The notes beneath the pieces were generated by a model, which was given only the letters and a program-made list of their open reading frames with translations, did no database searches and was not told where the DNA came from. Below, in pieces: positions 1 to 12,839 of a stretch of 64,000 nt of DNA. The position numbers were made by a program, and so were the translations under genes. This DNA is from Gnetum montanum (Eukaryota; Plantae; Gnetophyta): contig MNCI01002045.1 in NCBI GenBank assembly GCA_015680685.1, positions 573,172-637,171 of the forward strand, written 5' to 3'. Numbering within the stretch: position 1 is the stretch's first letter; each line of letters opens with the position of its first letter.

Positions 1-2812
1 TCCAAGATGTCCTTACACATGGGATAGCACATTGGGCATCCCCATGGTATAATCTCCATGGAATATTCTCTACCTTGGATAGGGTAGGAAGCTAATTGTC
101 TCATGTAGGATCCCATCTAACTTTGGATACTGTAATAGCCAAAGTGTAACAAAAAAACAAAAACAACAAAAATAATCAAAATATTTTAAACTAATAAACT
201 CACATAACGAAAATAAAATAAAATAAAAACCATAAAAATATAAAATAAAAATGCAAAAAAATATGCTAATTATTCTTACCAACATCGGGGGCTATCTATT
301 ATAATCGATCAACCATATCCTCTACCATGCCTTATCTAAAACCTTAGCCCAAGGCTTAAAATGAAACTTAGATGTGGATGATTCTAGAGGAGTTTTATGT
401 ACTACAAAAACCATAACCATAAATATAGTTTGCAAGGATAGACATAAACATTTTTTTAAAAAATAAAAATAAAACTAAAGAGTACCTAGAAGATCATGTG
501 ACATATCCACAGGGAAAGTACCTTCTATAGACAAGTCCTCAAAGATAGAATCTATGACATCCAATGCTCCCTTGAATGTCCTCTCTTCTTCCTCCTTGCA
601 TATTTTCTCCTCTACTTTCTTACATCTTTGTTTTGCTTCCATAGGAGCTTGGGTAGCCAACCCTTGTTGTCTGCCTACAACCATGTCAAAGCCAAAACAT
701 AGAAAAGGTTAGCAAATTGTTTTGTTAAAAGTAATATAAATATATAACCACATAAAATAACATGAAAAAAATACAAAATTACAACATAAAAAATGTATAC
801 ATACATGCCTACAATAGATTGATGCATCTTGCCAAACCTGATGGATACCTTCTTATGCACTAGGTAATCAATAATAAGAGCATTTACTTCAACCTATTGC
901 ATCTTCATCTTATCTTTATCTATACCATCAACTTCTACCTGTGTCTTCTTGGCTCTCTTGGCATTACCATATGTAACATGGGGTTCAACCCCTATGTTGT
1001 TAAGGGAAGAAAATTTTGCTTCACTAAACATCTTAGTCGTAATTAACAGTGACTCTTCGATATTCTTAACTAGTGGATCTTGGACATACATGGTTAGAAC
1101 AATGTGTTTGATCCAAGGGTTGAAACATTGGGAGGGATCATGGCCCATCCACTTTTCATCTCTCATAACCACTATGAATTCTACAAACCTTCTAAAATAC
1201 ACAAGAAAGAATGTGAAATTCATATAACATATGGAGTTGATATTGTTGTAGAATTTTTAGATTTCATCCTATAACCTAGAGACCAAAAATGTAGCTTAGT
1301 TAAAATTAGTACCACTGGTAAAGACCTTTTTCATGATTCAAGCTTGTTGAACACCAATTATCTGCTTCTATGATAGCAAGATTGGAAAGATCCTAGAACG
1401 AAATAGAGGATAAGTTTCATTAGCTTTTTCAACTTTGTAGTTGCTAAGTAACAATGCACCACTACTAGAATAGTTAAGCCAATCCTCCATTTTCACTTTG
1501 TGGCTCACATCTTTCCTTACTCTTATGGAAACCTTAACACCATCAGAAGGTACTCCAAAGAGATCACTGAGAGCAGACTCACTAATGCTCAATACCATAG
1601 GGAAATCATGTACATAGAAAATGAATTTTTTGAATCCCTTATCAAAGGAATCTATCACATTTAGCATCTCTATTGATGACATTGACATACTAGAAAGCAC
1701 AAACAAGTCAAGCAAACCTGCATTAGCAATCCTCTGCTGATCTCTCTAGGAGCTCTTCTTGCTAGTCACTTCTATGATGAGTCTGCTTCACCCCACCTAA
1801 GTTGGACCTTCTCCTTCACATTACTTGACATGGTCACAATGAAAGTAGACTCACACATGGAACCTACAACACAACATAGGTAGCCCATTATCATTTTACA
1901 TAAGTAGATGATCCAAGGACATAAAGGTATAAAACTAAGGAGTAACTTGCTAGAAAATAAAAATACCATGGAAGTTGGCCACACTTGAATTAATACCACT
2001 TACCAGGCTTAGGCGAAGCTAGAACCTTAGGATGAGTGCTTGCATGTACTATTAGATCTAGGAAAATTCACCAATCATGTGCATAAGGTGTGGCCATTCA
2101 TGTGTGGTACATGTTGAAATACCAAGAAGTATACTTTCCAAAGTCTTCACAAAGTTGGTTATGCACTTTTAATGTTATAGCCTTACCTTGTGTGAATACA
2201 TGTAAGGCTACATGGGTAAAATACAAAGTTTGATCACTCTTTACCAAATACATTACGCACTTGATGCATGTAAAGAATGAAACATGATAACAATTTGAAT
2301 AAGAAACTTAGAAGCAACAAAAAATAAATAGAATGTCCAACCAAGATAGAATTTATGGTTTCAAGAGATAGAAGGTCCAAGGAGGATCTTGAAACAAACT
2401 GTTTATCTAGTGAACAATCATTACAGTGTTGTTGACATTGTATTGTGAGTACTCTAGCATCCCTTAGATTTGTGACAACTTCCACACCTCTAGAGTAAAG
2501 AAATCATTGTTTTGTTTAGTATTTTCTTAGGTATTAGAATCATCAACCATGAACCTCATGATATGACTGGAAGTTCCATGTTAAAGAGTCTTTGTAATCA
2601 TGACTACAACATTCATAGTTGAGTGTGACCACATGATCATACCATAGTGTTGGAGCAAATATGTTAAGAACTATTTTGCTCCAGGTGTAAACCACACTGA
2701 ATTATGATGGTCAATGCTTAGATTAGGGTTCAAACTATTCTATGTAGTCATCCTTATGCAACACAAGATCCCTACCAACTCCATCACTATTAGAACTGAT
2801 TTCAACAAGGCC
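1..2812 (-). pseudogene. Antisense multi-exon accessory gene of element A (FCP1/NIF-like HAD fold + plant-transposon PMD/Transposase_32-like domain), decayed
   Basis: Exons are approximately 2812-2341, ~2260-2004, 1863-~808, 674-486, 401-280 and 129-<1, mostly bounded by AG/GT. Peptides LIVMELVGILC, FLTYLLQHYGMIMWSH, YNVNNTVMIVH*INSLFQDPP, SISESALSDLFGVP and GTNFN*ATFL match the 43256-47023 copy. Confidence 0.8.
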
Positions 2813-3177
2813 CTATACATAGCCATAACACATAATCATTAAAACATAAAAAAAGACTATATGAACATTAGAATAAAGATAACATTTTTTAACAAAAATA
2901 TCCTTTTTTATAACAACATTAGCATTAGATGACCAAAAATAAAATTCTAAACCTAAAAATTTAAATTGATGCATGAATAGAAAAAATTAATACCATAGGA
3001 AAAAAATAGTTTCCCAGTTTGTAATGTTTTGGACATTTTAACAAAAACTTGACACATGAACCCTCAAAATTAGCATTATAACAAAAAATTTCCATGAAAC
3101 CAAAATTATAACAAAATTTAGGAGTCAAATTAATAGTTTTGAACCTCTACAAGTGAACTTTTTCATAGGGCTATGGT

Positions 3178-4397
3178 TGTGGATCATTGAACTTAGAAGG
3201 GGGGGATGAATAAGTTTCTTAAATTGAAATTTTTTGGGCACAACACACACACCAAATTTAACATGGTTTCCTAAATTGTGTAGTCCACACTTGGAGGGTA
3301 GATCACAAGCACACCTCTGGACTTTATTGCTCTCAAATATGGTTTTAAGGGTTCACACCTTGTACAATCTTCAAGCCTTGCTCCGGAGTGTTTTGCTATA
3401 ACATCAACCACTCAACCCCTCAAGGTCTAGTTAGGCTTGGAATGTGGTTTTCAATCTTTCACAACCTTTACAATCTTGAGCTTCACTTCAAAGTGTTGTA
3501 CCACAAAACCAAATGCCCAATCCTATAGGATCTTGACAAGCACAAGCAAGATGCCTTTCCACAAGAAGCACATCAACCTTGTAGGCCAATAAGAAAGAAC
3601 AATTACAAGGGATAAATGAAACCTAGTTTGCTGATCCTTACACTTTAAGGTACAACATACTTACAATGAACAAATGATGATACAATGAAGAGCAATAGAG
3701 ATCACAATGATTGACAAAATGATTGTACAATGATTACACATAAGCTTGTCCATTTCCCAATACATATGATGTCTTCTTATAGCTATCATGTTTTCAAATC
3801 CATACTAGAATGCATGCAATGACTGGCAAATAGTTACTAACAATTATGAAAGGCATCTTCTTTGTTCCTTAGATGTCTTGCTATATTTTCCCTCTATTCT
3901 TGAAAGACATCTTTATGAAATCTTCATTTTGGGAAGATGTCTTTGTCTTATGAAAGATGTCTTTATGAAATTGACCTTTATTTTGTGTAGAGGTCTTTTC
4001 TTGATGGAAGAAGTCTTTGCTTGAGGAAAGATTTTTGCTATTTCTTGAAGACATGTTTGCCTGTGCATCCTCCAATTCTACCAAGACATCTACTATTTCA
4101 TAGAGATGTCTTTCTTCAACCTTCCTTTACATGATGAATTCATCATTCCTTGTCCATAGCCTTAATCTTTTGTATGCTTCAATAATGAAAAATCTACTTG
4201 TCCATGTTCTTTGAATTCTTTTCTTTTAAGCTTGCCTTTTATGGATGAACCCTTAAAACCTTGTGGATGAATTTCTTCTTTTGTTTACATAAGTGCATTC
4301 CTTGTCATCTCATCTTGGTTGTACAACCACAACAACCACACACACATATCCTTTGTCTTCATTTTACTTGATATTTTGACACACCACAAGGTCCATA
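3178..4397 (-). repeat. 3' LTR of SIRE-like element
   Basis: Aligns along its length with 6809-8088; adjacent to the PPT; contains repeated AAGAC(A/G)TCTT/AAGATGTCTT motifs. Confidence 0.9.
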
Positions 4398-4482
4398 ATA
4401 TCCCCCTTTTTGGTGATGTTTAAAACTTAAGAAAATGGATTAGTGATCATACAAATATAACCATACCACTCTCCCCCTTTTT
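4398..4482 (-). promoter_or_regulatory. Polypurine tracts (two copies) of SIRE-like element
   Basis: Minus strand reads AAAAAGGGGGATAT directly before the LTR, with a second AAAAAGGGGGAGAG about 70 bp upstream. Multiple PPTs are typical of SIRE. Confidence 0.8.
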
Positions 4483-5482
4483 GAACAGTAGCAAAAAGGT
4501 TAAGGCACATAAACTAGTGAAAGAGTAATCATAAAAGCATAGTATCATAAAATAAGAATAACCAAAAATTATGGCATAATCCAAAGAAAAAAAATTTAGT
4601 AAGTAAGAATATCAATTAAAGAGCACACATTTTTCAGCACTAAGTTCCATGAGGAGTTGCCTCAAATTTTTCAAGAACTAATCTAAGCCTTTCCAAGTGA
4701 TACTCAAACTTAATTCTTGAAGTGAAGTATAAGCCTTGAAGATAAAGTAATATGTCTCTAAATCAATAAATCATTAGTAGTTTATAGTGCATGGTTCTTT
4801 TAGTGCTTAAATATTCTCTATCCTTTTAAAAACATTAGCAAAATATATCTTATATGATAAGGAGAATATAGTAATACATATTCACAATGTGAAATTAGTC
4901 ATGCCATATTTTAAATTCTTGAGCTAGGAAGTACATCTCAAGGCAAACTATGCAAAGGATGTTTCAATCAAAATTGTGGATACTTTTCCATAATTAGAAT
5001 GATCATGTGCTTGCTCATATTGTTGTAAGAAATAATATCACTATTTGCATTTTTTCATAGAAATATAGACACTTCTTACTTTAGCTTATGCTTGAATATT
5101 GAATAGGTAGGCTCTTGATATTCTTATCTTTCTCATTTTGGAATATTTTGCTATTTCATATATGTGATGTATTTATTTGTTCATGCTCTTTATGATAGAA
5201 CCTTTGATCACTTATTGCATCATTTTCAATTCTTCACTTCTCTTCATTCTCACTTATTGGTACCTGCTCAATTTCCTTACCAAAGCCTTTTTGACAAGAC
5301 TAAGCACTAATCTTGTTTTGATCATCATGATTATAGTTAGGAGTTTGCTTACAACCACAATTTTTACAAAAAAATAAAGTATTATCCTTATGATCAAACT
5401 TATTAAACTTGTCTATGCTTGAGCTTGAAGTTTCATGTGTGGAGCTTGAGTTTTCATTTGTAGCTTCCTCTAAATTCTTTGG

Positions 5483-6753
5483 CTATTTTTTAGGAGTTTC
5501 CTCTTTTTGAACCTTGCTAAAAGCCTTATTAAAAGTGGTTAGTTGTTGAATCTCAAATTTTATGTCTGAGATATCTTCTTTCACTTTAGCATGAATAGCA
5601 TCCAACTTAGAAATTACAAATTTCTTTACCTTCCTAATCAAATGCTGTAAAAGAAAAATTTCTTCTTTAAATTCACTATACCTTTTGTCACACTTACCAT
5701 CTTGTTCAACCACATGTGAGAAATTTTCATCTGTAAGTGCCATGCATATGAGATGTGAATTTTTGAAAGAATTGCATGCTTCTTCTTCAGTTTTCTCACC
5801 ATCATTCCAACTTGTATAAAATTTGGTCTTTTTTAATTCCTTATCATTGCATCTATTCTTTGGTTGTATCTTATGATCACTAGGATAACTAGGATATTTG
5901 AAGGCCATATGGCCTCTTCCTTCACAAACCCAACATTCTATGGAATGAAAATCTAAGTTAGAATTTAAAAAATTTCTACCTCTTTCTCTACCTTTGAGTA
6001 GATTGGGCTTTTATTGTGATTCCCCCTTATTTCTTCTTGTTAGTAGTTGTTGTGAGAGAAGGGCAATCTCATCTTCACTGCCCTCATCATGTTCATTGAA
6101 GTCCTCCTTGGAGGCAGTCTTTAGAGCAACAGGTCTTTGTTGGATTGCTTCTTTGATTATGAGATTCATTTCATAAGCAATTAGAGCACTTTGAAGATCT
6201 TCAAATTTTAAGATTGAGAAATTTTTGATCTCCTCCATAGCCATGACCTTTGGTTTGAACTCCAATTGTAGAGTTTTGATCATTTTGACAATGACATCAC
6301 TTTTGGGCCAAATTTATCTATTCCTATTATAGCTAGAACAATCTTTGTTTTCTCACCTTCTCTCATTTTGAGTTTATTGTATTCACTTTGTAAAACTAAT
6401 AGTTTCAATTGCTTACCAATAGATGTTCTTTCATAAGTAGTTTCTAAAGTTTTCCAAATTTATTTGGCTATTTTACATCTTGCTACTCTATTAAATTTAT
6501 ATTTTTTTAATGCACAATATAAAAATTTGTTTGCTTTTGAATCAAACATGAACTTATCCTTTTCATCTTGTGTCCATTTGTTATGAGGCTTAATAATGTT
6601 GATGGCACTATTGATAGGTAAACTGTAGCCTTTAAGGATTGAATCCCATACTTCAAACTTAATGGATTCGAAGAACCCTTGCATTCTAGCTTTCCAATAG
6701 GCAAAGTCAAATCCATCAAACATAGATGGATTTGTATAAGATGTCCCCTCCAT
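5483..6753 (-). pseudogene. gag: Copia-type gag, decayed
   Basis: MEGTSYTNPSMFDGFDFAYWKARMQGFFESIKFEVWDSI, FKPKVMAMEE..LKFEDLQSALIAYEM and zinc-knuckle remnant CWVCEGRGHMAF; contains stops and frameshifts. Confidence 0.9.
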
Positions 6754-6794
6754 TGTTCACTATTGAAGTTGATGATGACAAAGAAGAGTACCAA

Positions 6795-6806
6795 GCTCCT
6801 ATACCG
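6795..6806 (-). promoter_or_regulatory. Primer binding site, tRNA-iMet, degenerate
   Basis: Minus strand CGGTATAGGAGC versus canonical TGGTATCAGAGC, 2 nt inside the 5' LTR end. Confidence 0.7.
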
Positions 6807-6808
6807 CT

Positions 6809-8088
6809 TGTTGATCATTGAAATTAGAAGGAGGGAGATGAATAAGTTTCCCAAATTGAAATTCTTTGGAAAAAGCACACACACCAAATTTAACATGGGT
6901 TTCCAACTTGTGCATTCAACACTTAGAGGGTAGATCAAAATCACACCCTTGGACTTTATTGCTCTTAAATATGATTTGAAAGACCCACACTATGTACAAT
7001 CTTCAAGCCCCTCTTTGGAGTGTTGTGCCACAACACCAACCACTACACCCTGTAAGGTCTAGTTAGGATTGGAATGTGGTTTTGAGGCTTTCAAAACCTT
7101 TATAATCTTGAGCTCCACTTCAGAGTGTTGTGTTGCAACAACAATCACTTAATTTCGTAGGATCCTGACAAGATCAAGAAAGATGCCTTCCCGCAAGAAG
7201 CACATCAACCCTATAGGGCAACAAGGGAGAATAATTACCAGGGATAAATGTAACTTATTTTGTTGATTCTTGCACTTTGAGGTATAGCACACTTTTCAAT
7301 GAATAAATGATGATATAATGAAGATCAATAGAAATCACAATGATTGAAAAAATGATTGTATAATGATTACACATAGCTCATTTCCCAATACATATGATGT
7401 CTTCTTATAGTTGTCATGTTTCTAAATCCATGTTGGAACTCATGCAATGGCTAGCCAACTATCATTACTGGTTATGGAAGACATCTTCCTTGTGCAATGG
7501 CTAGCTAACTATCACTAACAGTTATGAAAGGCATCTTTCTCATGCCTAAGATGTCTTTCTATATTTTCCCTCTATTTTGGAAAGACATCTTTATCTAGGA
7601 AAGACATCTATTTGAAATCTTTGTTCTAGGAAGAAATATTTGTCTGATCGAAGACGTCTTTTTGAAACTATCTTGCATTCTATGAAGACGTATTTGCCTA
7701 ATGGGAGACATCTTTACCTAAGGAAAGATGTCTAATATTTCTTGAAGACATCTTTACCTATGCATCCTCCAATTCTATCAAGACATCTACTGTTTGTTAG
7801 AGATGTCTTTCTTTAATCTTCCTTTGCATGATGAATTCATCATTCCTTTTTCACAACCTTGATCTTTCACATGCTTTAATGATGACAAATCTACTTGTCC
7901 ACATTCTTTAATTTTTTTTTAAGTTTTCCTTTTGTGGATGAACCCTTGAGATCTTGTGGATGACTTTCTCCTTTTGTTTACACAAGTGCATTCCTTGTCA
8001 TCTCATCTTGGTCCTACAACCACAACAATCACACATAATTCATTTGTCTTCATTTTACTTGACATTTTGACACGCCAAAAGGTCCACA
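6809..8088 (-). repeat. 5' LTR of SIRE-like element
   Basis: TG...CA termini; homologous to 3178-4397; followed by TSD ATGGT. Confidence 0.9.
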
Positions 8089-8667
8089 ATGGTTAACAAG
8101 AAATAGCAAGCTTAAATGTTTGAAATTTGAGTAATCTGGAAGAAACGTTTTGCTAGTTTGTGAGCTTAGATATTCCCAAACCTCCCCACTAAAATCCCAA
8201 AACCTTACACACATTGTGGTATCAAACATGAATAATACCAGATGCTAATCATAGGGCTAGGGAAAATAAAAGATAATCAATAGACCAACCCTAGTATCCA
8301 ACAATACTGAGCATAGCCAAAACATCAAAATTTTGCATCCAAATATGGCTCTTCTATGTTATTTTTAGTAATCTTGGGCAAGATGTGAGCTGCAACACTA
8401 GAGTTTGATGTTCAAGAAATCTACTTGAAAGCTTGAACATTGAGCATATGATCCCTAGAGCTAGAAAAAAAAACCTTTTAATGTGGAACTAGGTTTTACA
8501 AGGTAATATGAGCTTAATAAGTTGGGTGTTTCAAAAATCTCAAACTTTAGAGCTTATACATTGGCTTTTGAATAATTTTTGGTGGATGTGGATCACACGA
8601 GACTTAGCCAAAAGCATTTACAATGTATTATATGCTGAAGGCCAAGCTCCACATGCTAGGTAGTTAT

Positions 8668-9712
8668 TGATGTCAACACTCCCATGCTCTCATGGGGCCA
8701 TGATTATCAACGTCTCTATCTCTCTCTCTTAATAACCACAATAAAAATCATGCAAGTAGTAGGCATTTAAACTATTAGGTAACAATTATTAATGATGACG
8801 ATTAAAATTATTAATGATGGAGGTTACAATTATTAATGATGATGGTTACAATCATTGATGGTGGCAGTTATAATTATTAATGATGATGGTTACAATTATT
8901 AATAATGATGGTTACAATTATTAATAATGATGGTTACAATTATTAATGATGATGGTTACAATTATCAATAGTGGTGGTTACAATTATTAATGGTGGTAGT
9001 TACAGTCATTAATGGTAGACATTTCAGAAGTTATGGACATAGTGGGCACTTAAATTAGAGAACGTAGCCATCATTATGGATGGTCGCAGCAGCTATAAAA
9101 TGGAATCTGGAGGGGGGCTCTAGAAGGATCATGGAAGGGTGGAAAGGAGTCCCAGTTTTTTTTCTTTTCTTTTCTTTACAGGCTTCGAGAAGGGTCCAAG
9201 GTAGGAGCCAGTGGCTCAAAATTGAATCCTTGGGGGTCTTCTCGGCGACGGTAGGAGCTTGTCATAGTGGTGCAGACGTGGGTGAATGATCTTCCTCTCT
9301 ACGGCGGTGAACAAAAGGCGGAAAACGGTGGCAGACTTTGAGGATTGTAGTTGCTGCCCTGTACAGACTGGAATGGGAAATCTCTCTCTTTCTCTTTCTC
9401 TTTCTCTCTCTCCCTCTCTCGTGGTGATCATGGTCTTCCTGCCTAGCAATGGATACCATCGCTAGTCATGGATCAGCAGCATCAGCGAGACCAGGGAAGA
9501 TTCAATTCTTTTAATTACTTATTGTATTGAAGAAAATTATTTAATTTAAATTCCAGATTTCTTTCTAGTTTCTTATTTGCAAAACGCCATGTAGCCCTCT
9601 CCAGTTGAGACTATTCTTGGGTTTCCGTACCCATATGGGAGGCACCCTAGGCAATAGTCTCCTAAAATGAGTTTTCTTTCCTGGTGTTGGTGTGACCAAA
9701 ATTTATGCATCA
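8668..9712 (+). repeat. 5' LTR of element C
   Basis: Terminal inverted TGATG/CATCA, TATA-like CTATAAAA near 9093, CT-rich tract 9380-9420, PBS 9 nt downstream. The start is inferred from the terminal repeat only. Confidence 0.65.
8778..9016 (+). repeat. 22-bp tandem repeat (GGTTACAATTATTAATGATGAT, ~11 copies) in LTR of C
   Basis: Directly visible units, e.g. starting at 8822, 8844, 8888, 8910, 8932 and 8954. Confidence 0.95.
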
Positions 9713-9721
9713 AGACCTTTT

Positions 9722-9738
9722 TGGTGCTAGAAGGAGGG
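9722..9738 (+). promoter_or_regulatory. PBS complementary to tRNA-Asn(GUU) 3' end
   Basis: TGGTGCTAGAAGGAGGG; plant tRNA-Asn ends ...CCCTCCTTCTAGCG-CCA (recalled, 1 mismatch). Confidence 0.85.
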
Positions 9739-10420
9739 CCTTTCCCCAACCTTTTGTTTATCAGCTTTTCTTGTCATTTCTCTTACCTTTATTATCCCAT
9801 TTTCTGAAATATTTATTTTTTGTCCTTTTCTAGTCCCTATTTTTATTTTTTAAAAATTTCCTTTTCCTTGTTTCAAACTTGTTTTATTTAAAATTTCCAT
9901 TTTCAGCCATTGTCTTGAAAAATATTCTAAAATAATTTTCAAGCCTTTTATTTCTTATTCTCAGAAGTTCCTTTCCTAAAAACTTTTGGGTCTCATCACC
10001 CATTTTTCTTTAATCTTTTCCTTGTTATTTTTTCTTAATCCTTGTTTCCAATCCCATTTTTGAATCTATGTTTTGGCAGTCCTTACCATAGTCCTAGGTT
10101 AGGTAAGGTGGTTTTATTTGATTATGAAATTTTAAGTTTATTTTCCTAAAATCTTGCATTTTACTATTTTCCCTTTTAATTTTATAAGTATTGCAATTTT
10201 ATACATTTATTTTTCTTTTCAAAAAAAAAAAGTTTTATTTCAATATTTTCTTTTCTTTTTACGCAATTTCATAGTTTCATTCTAAGAATTATATTTTATA
10301 GTTCTATTTATGAGTGAACTCTCCTCTGCTTCTAACTGACCAATCACTCGTCTCTTCGCATTAAGGAAACAACAAGCCTCACATTTTTCAAGTTTTATTC
10401 CTAGGAGAGCCTAGACTAGG

Positions 10421-12828
10421 ATGGCAGGCAATCAACCCCCAGCTCCCTTGGTTAGTAACCCCTTAAACTTTACTAACTACCGTGAAATTCCAAAGTCACT
10501 CCAGAATATAAATTTGTTCTACAACCCCACAAACCCTTCTAGTGATGCCCGCCAACATATACAATGTTTTGAAACCTTAATAGGCATTTACAACATTGTC
10601 CAAAATGATGTGGCTTGTAGGGTATTTGTGACAACATTCAAAACCAAAGCAATCCAGTGGTTCTTAATGCTTCCATTAACTCATGGCATGAGTTCAAAAA
10701 TAATTTTTTGACCCAGTTTGACAAATTCACAAGCCCTGTCATAACATCTAGTAACTTCACCAAATTAAGAAAGCTACTTGGGGAAAATGTTAGGGATTAT
10801 AACCTTAGATTCCTTCACCTGTCGGCCTATGTGCCAAGTGAGATGTGTCCATAACCCGATGGCATCCTCAACTTTTAACTCTCTACCATTGACCCATTCT
10901 TTGCCTATGCCATTAAATCAGACCCTAACATAATAGAAATATAGGGAGCAATGGCTAAAGTTGTGAAGCTAGAACCAATAAACCTTATGAATAACATTCA
11001 AACTCAATTCAGAATGATGAGTGTTAGCAATCCTATGCAACATAGTCCTCTACCTCTACCAACTTTCCCAATGACCAACACTATGTTCCAAACTCTCGTT
11101 CCCCTTCAAATGACTCAACCTACAAATAGCTATTTTCAAGGTCCCACATTTTCTCCATTCCTACCATCTAACACTGGTTTGAATGAGGATCAATCAAACG
11201 CCTTAGTTCAGTCCATCATAAACCCAAATGAGGTATCTAATCCTATTGAACTCCCAACTCAAACTCAAGATCAAATGACCCAAATATTAACTTCACTTAA
11301 AGAACTTTCCAACGAAGTAGTTTAACTAAAGTGAAACAACAACAAGGGTCCTATACAACCAGAAAAGTCAAGTTCATCAACAAATGATGACTATTTTCGC
11401 CTCCATAACACTAGGCAACATTCTGAGAAGACTTGTCCCCAATTTTTAGCATTATTTGGTGATAACACCCAAGGTCAAGAAAATGGGAAATCTCCTATTA
11501 TGGCCCTTAACCTTCCTCATGAAATAGAAAATGAAGAGGTTTTCTCATTGGAGCAAGTTATGGTAAACAACCCCAACCCACCTAATGCTTGCTACCGTAG
11601 ATTTAAAGACATCATGAACAACACACAACAAAAAACTAGGAATGACCCTTACACTTCTCCAAACAGAAAAGCTCCTAGTCAAAGTAACACAAATACTCAA
11701 ACTGAGTCATCTCAAAAAAATGCTCCACAACAATCAAATCCACCTTCTATACTTAGAAGAACTCCACCTTAACAAGAAGTCAAAAGTGTATGTAAGACTT
11801 ATGATCTAGTTGAGGATTTGAAGAAAACCAAAGCTAACATCTCAATGTATGATCTTTTACAATTTAATGAAATGAAAGAGGTGATACAAAACATAGTTCA
11901 TATGCTAGAAACTAGAAAAGAAACAACCCCAACCCTTGAAAGGCAAGTTCACTTCATGGAAAGTCCTAACACGCTATCAGTACACAATGCAAATAATTCC
12001 ATGATGAATAAGAAAGAGAAACTTGTTTTCCTAACAACTCTAATTATTTTAGCAAAGAATGTTCACAATTGTTTGATGGATTCTGGAGCAACTGTTAGTG
12101 TCATGCCACTTAAGGTATGTAAGACTTTAGGAGCACAAATGATACCACAAATGAAAAATGTGATTCAACTTGATGGGTCCAATGTACCTGTAGTAGGGTC
12201 ATTAAAAGGAGTGAAAGTGCAACTTAAACAATACCCTACATTCACATGTTACACAGATATCCTAGTAGTTGACATGTCACCTACCTATGGTGTGCTCCTA
12301 TCTAGGAATTTTGGAGCCAAGTTTGGGGGCTTCTTTAGGTCAGATTTCTGAGAGCTATTAATCCTTATCAAAGAAAAATTTGAGTACATGACTATACCTC
12401 AAGAACCCTTCTACAAATAAGTAGTTACAACCTTGGATCAACAAAATCAATCTTTGGAAGATCAAAACGCTAATCTTTATGTTGGGGTTATTAAGGTTGA
12501 GCGTAGTGAACATGTTGAGAATGACTATGTGAGTGGAATTACAAAAATAAATCCTATCTCTCATGTAGATCCCATCCAATCCTATCAAAGTTCTAGAGAA
12601 GGTGAAAAAAGCTATGGAGACATCCTACCTTATCAAAAACATGATGGATTTCATCTAAGTGATCCACCACCTTTAAGGGAAGATAAAGATATAAATAACA
12701 TGCTACCTCTTAAAATAGTTCAAGGTGTGCGAAATTTTAATGACACATTGATGGAACATTCTTCTAGAAAGGCTATATCTGATGTCCCACCAAGACCTAA
12801 GCCTATCATTGAAACTAATCTCAAATAA
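10421..12828 (+). pseudogene. gag: gag-aspartic protease of element C, decayed
   Basis: DVACRVFVTTFKTKAIQWF (retrotransposon gag) and NCLMDSGATVSVMP...YGVLLSRNF (retropepsin); split into several ORFs. Confidence 0.9.
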
Positions 12829-12839
12829 AGACTTGATAC

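Larger units (their letters stand above)
3178..8088 (-). mobile_element. Non-autonomous Ty1/copia element, SIRE (Sirevirus)-like, internally deleted
   Basis: Two similar LTRs (3178-4397, 6809-8088) and a perfect 5-bp TSD ATGGT (3173-3177, 8089-8093). Has a degenerate tRNA-iMet PBS, repeated PPTs, a C-rich CTTATTCATCCCCCC LTR end and a copia gag. The internal region is only 2.4 kb with no recognisable PR/INT/RT. Confidence 0.92.

Noticed and set aside
2181-2190. Strong minus-strand donor-like CAAG|GTAAGG
   Set aside because: Homology with B's exon continues in frame past it to the donor at 2003, so it is probably not used.
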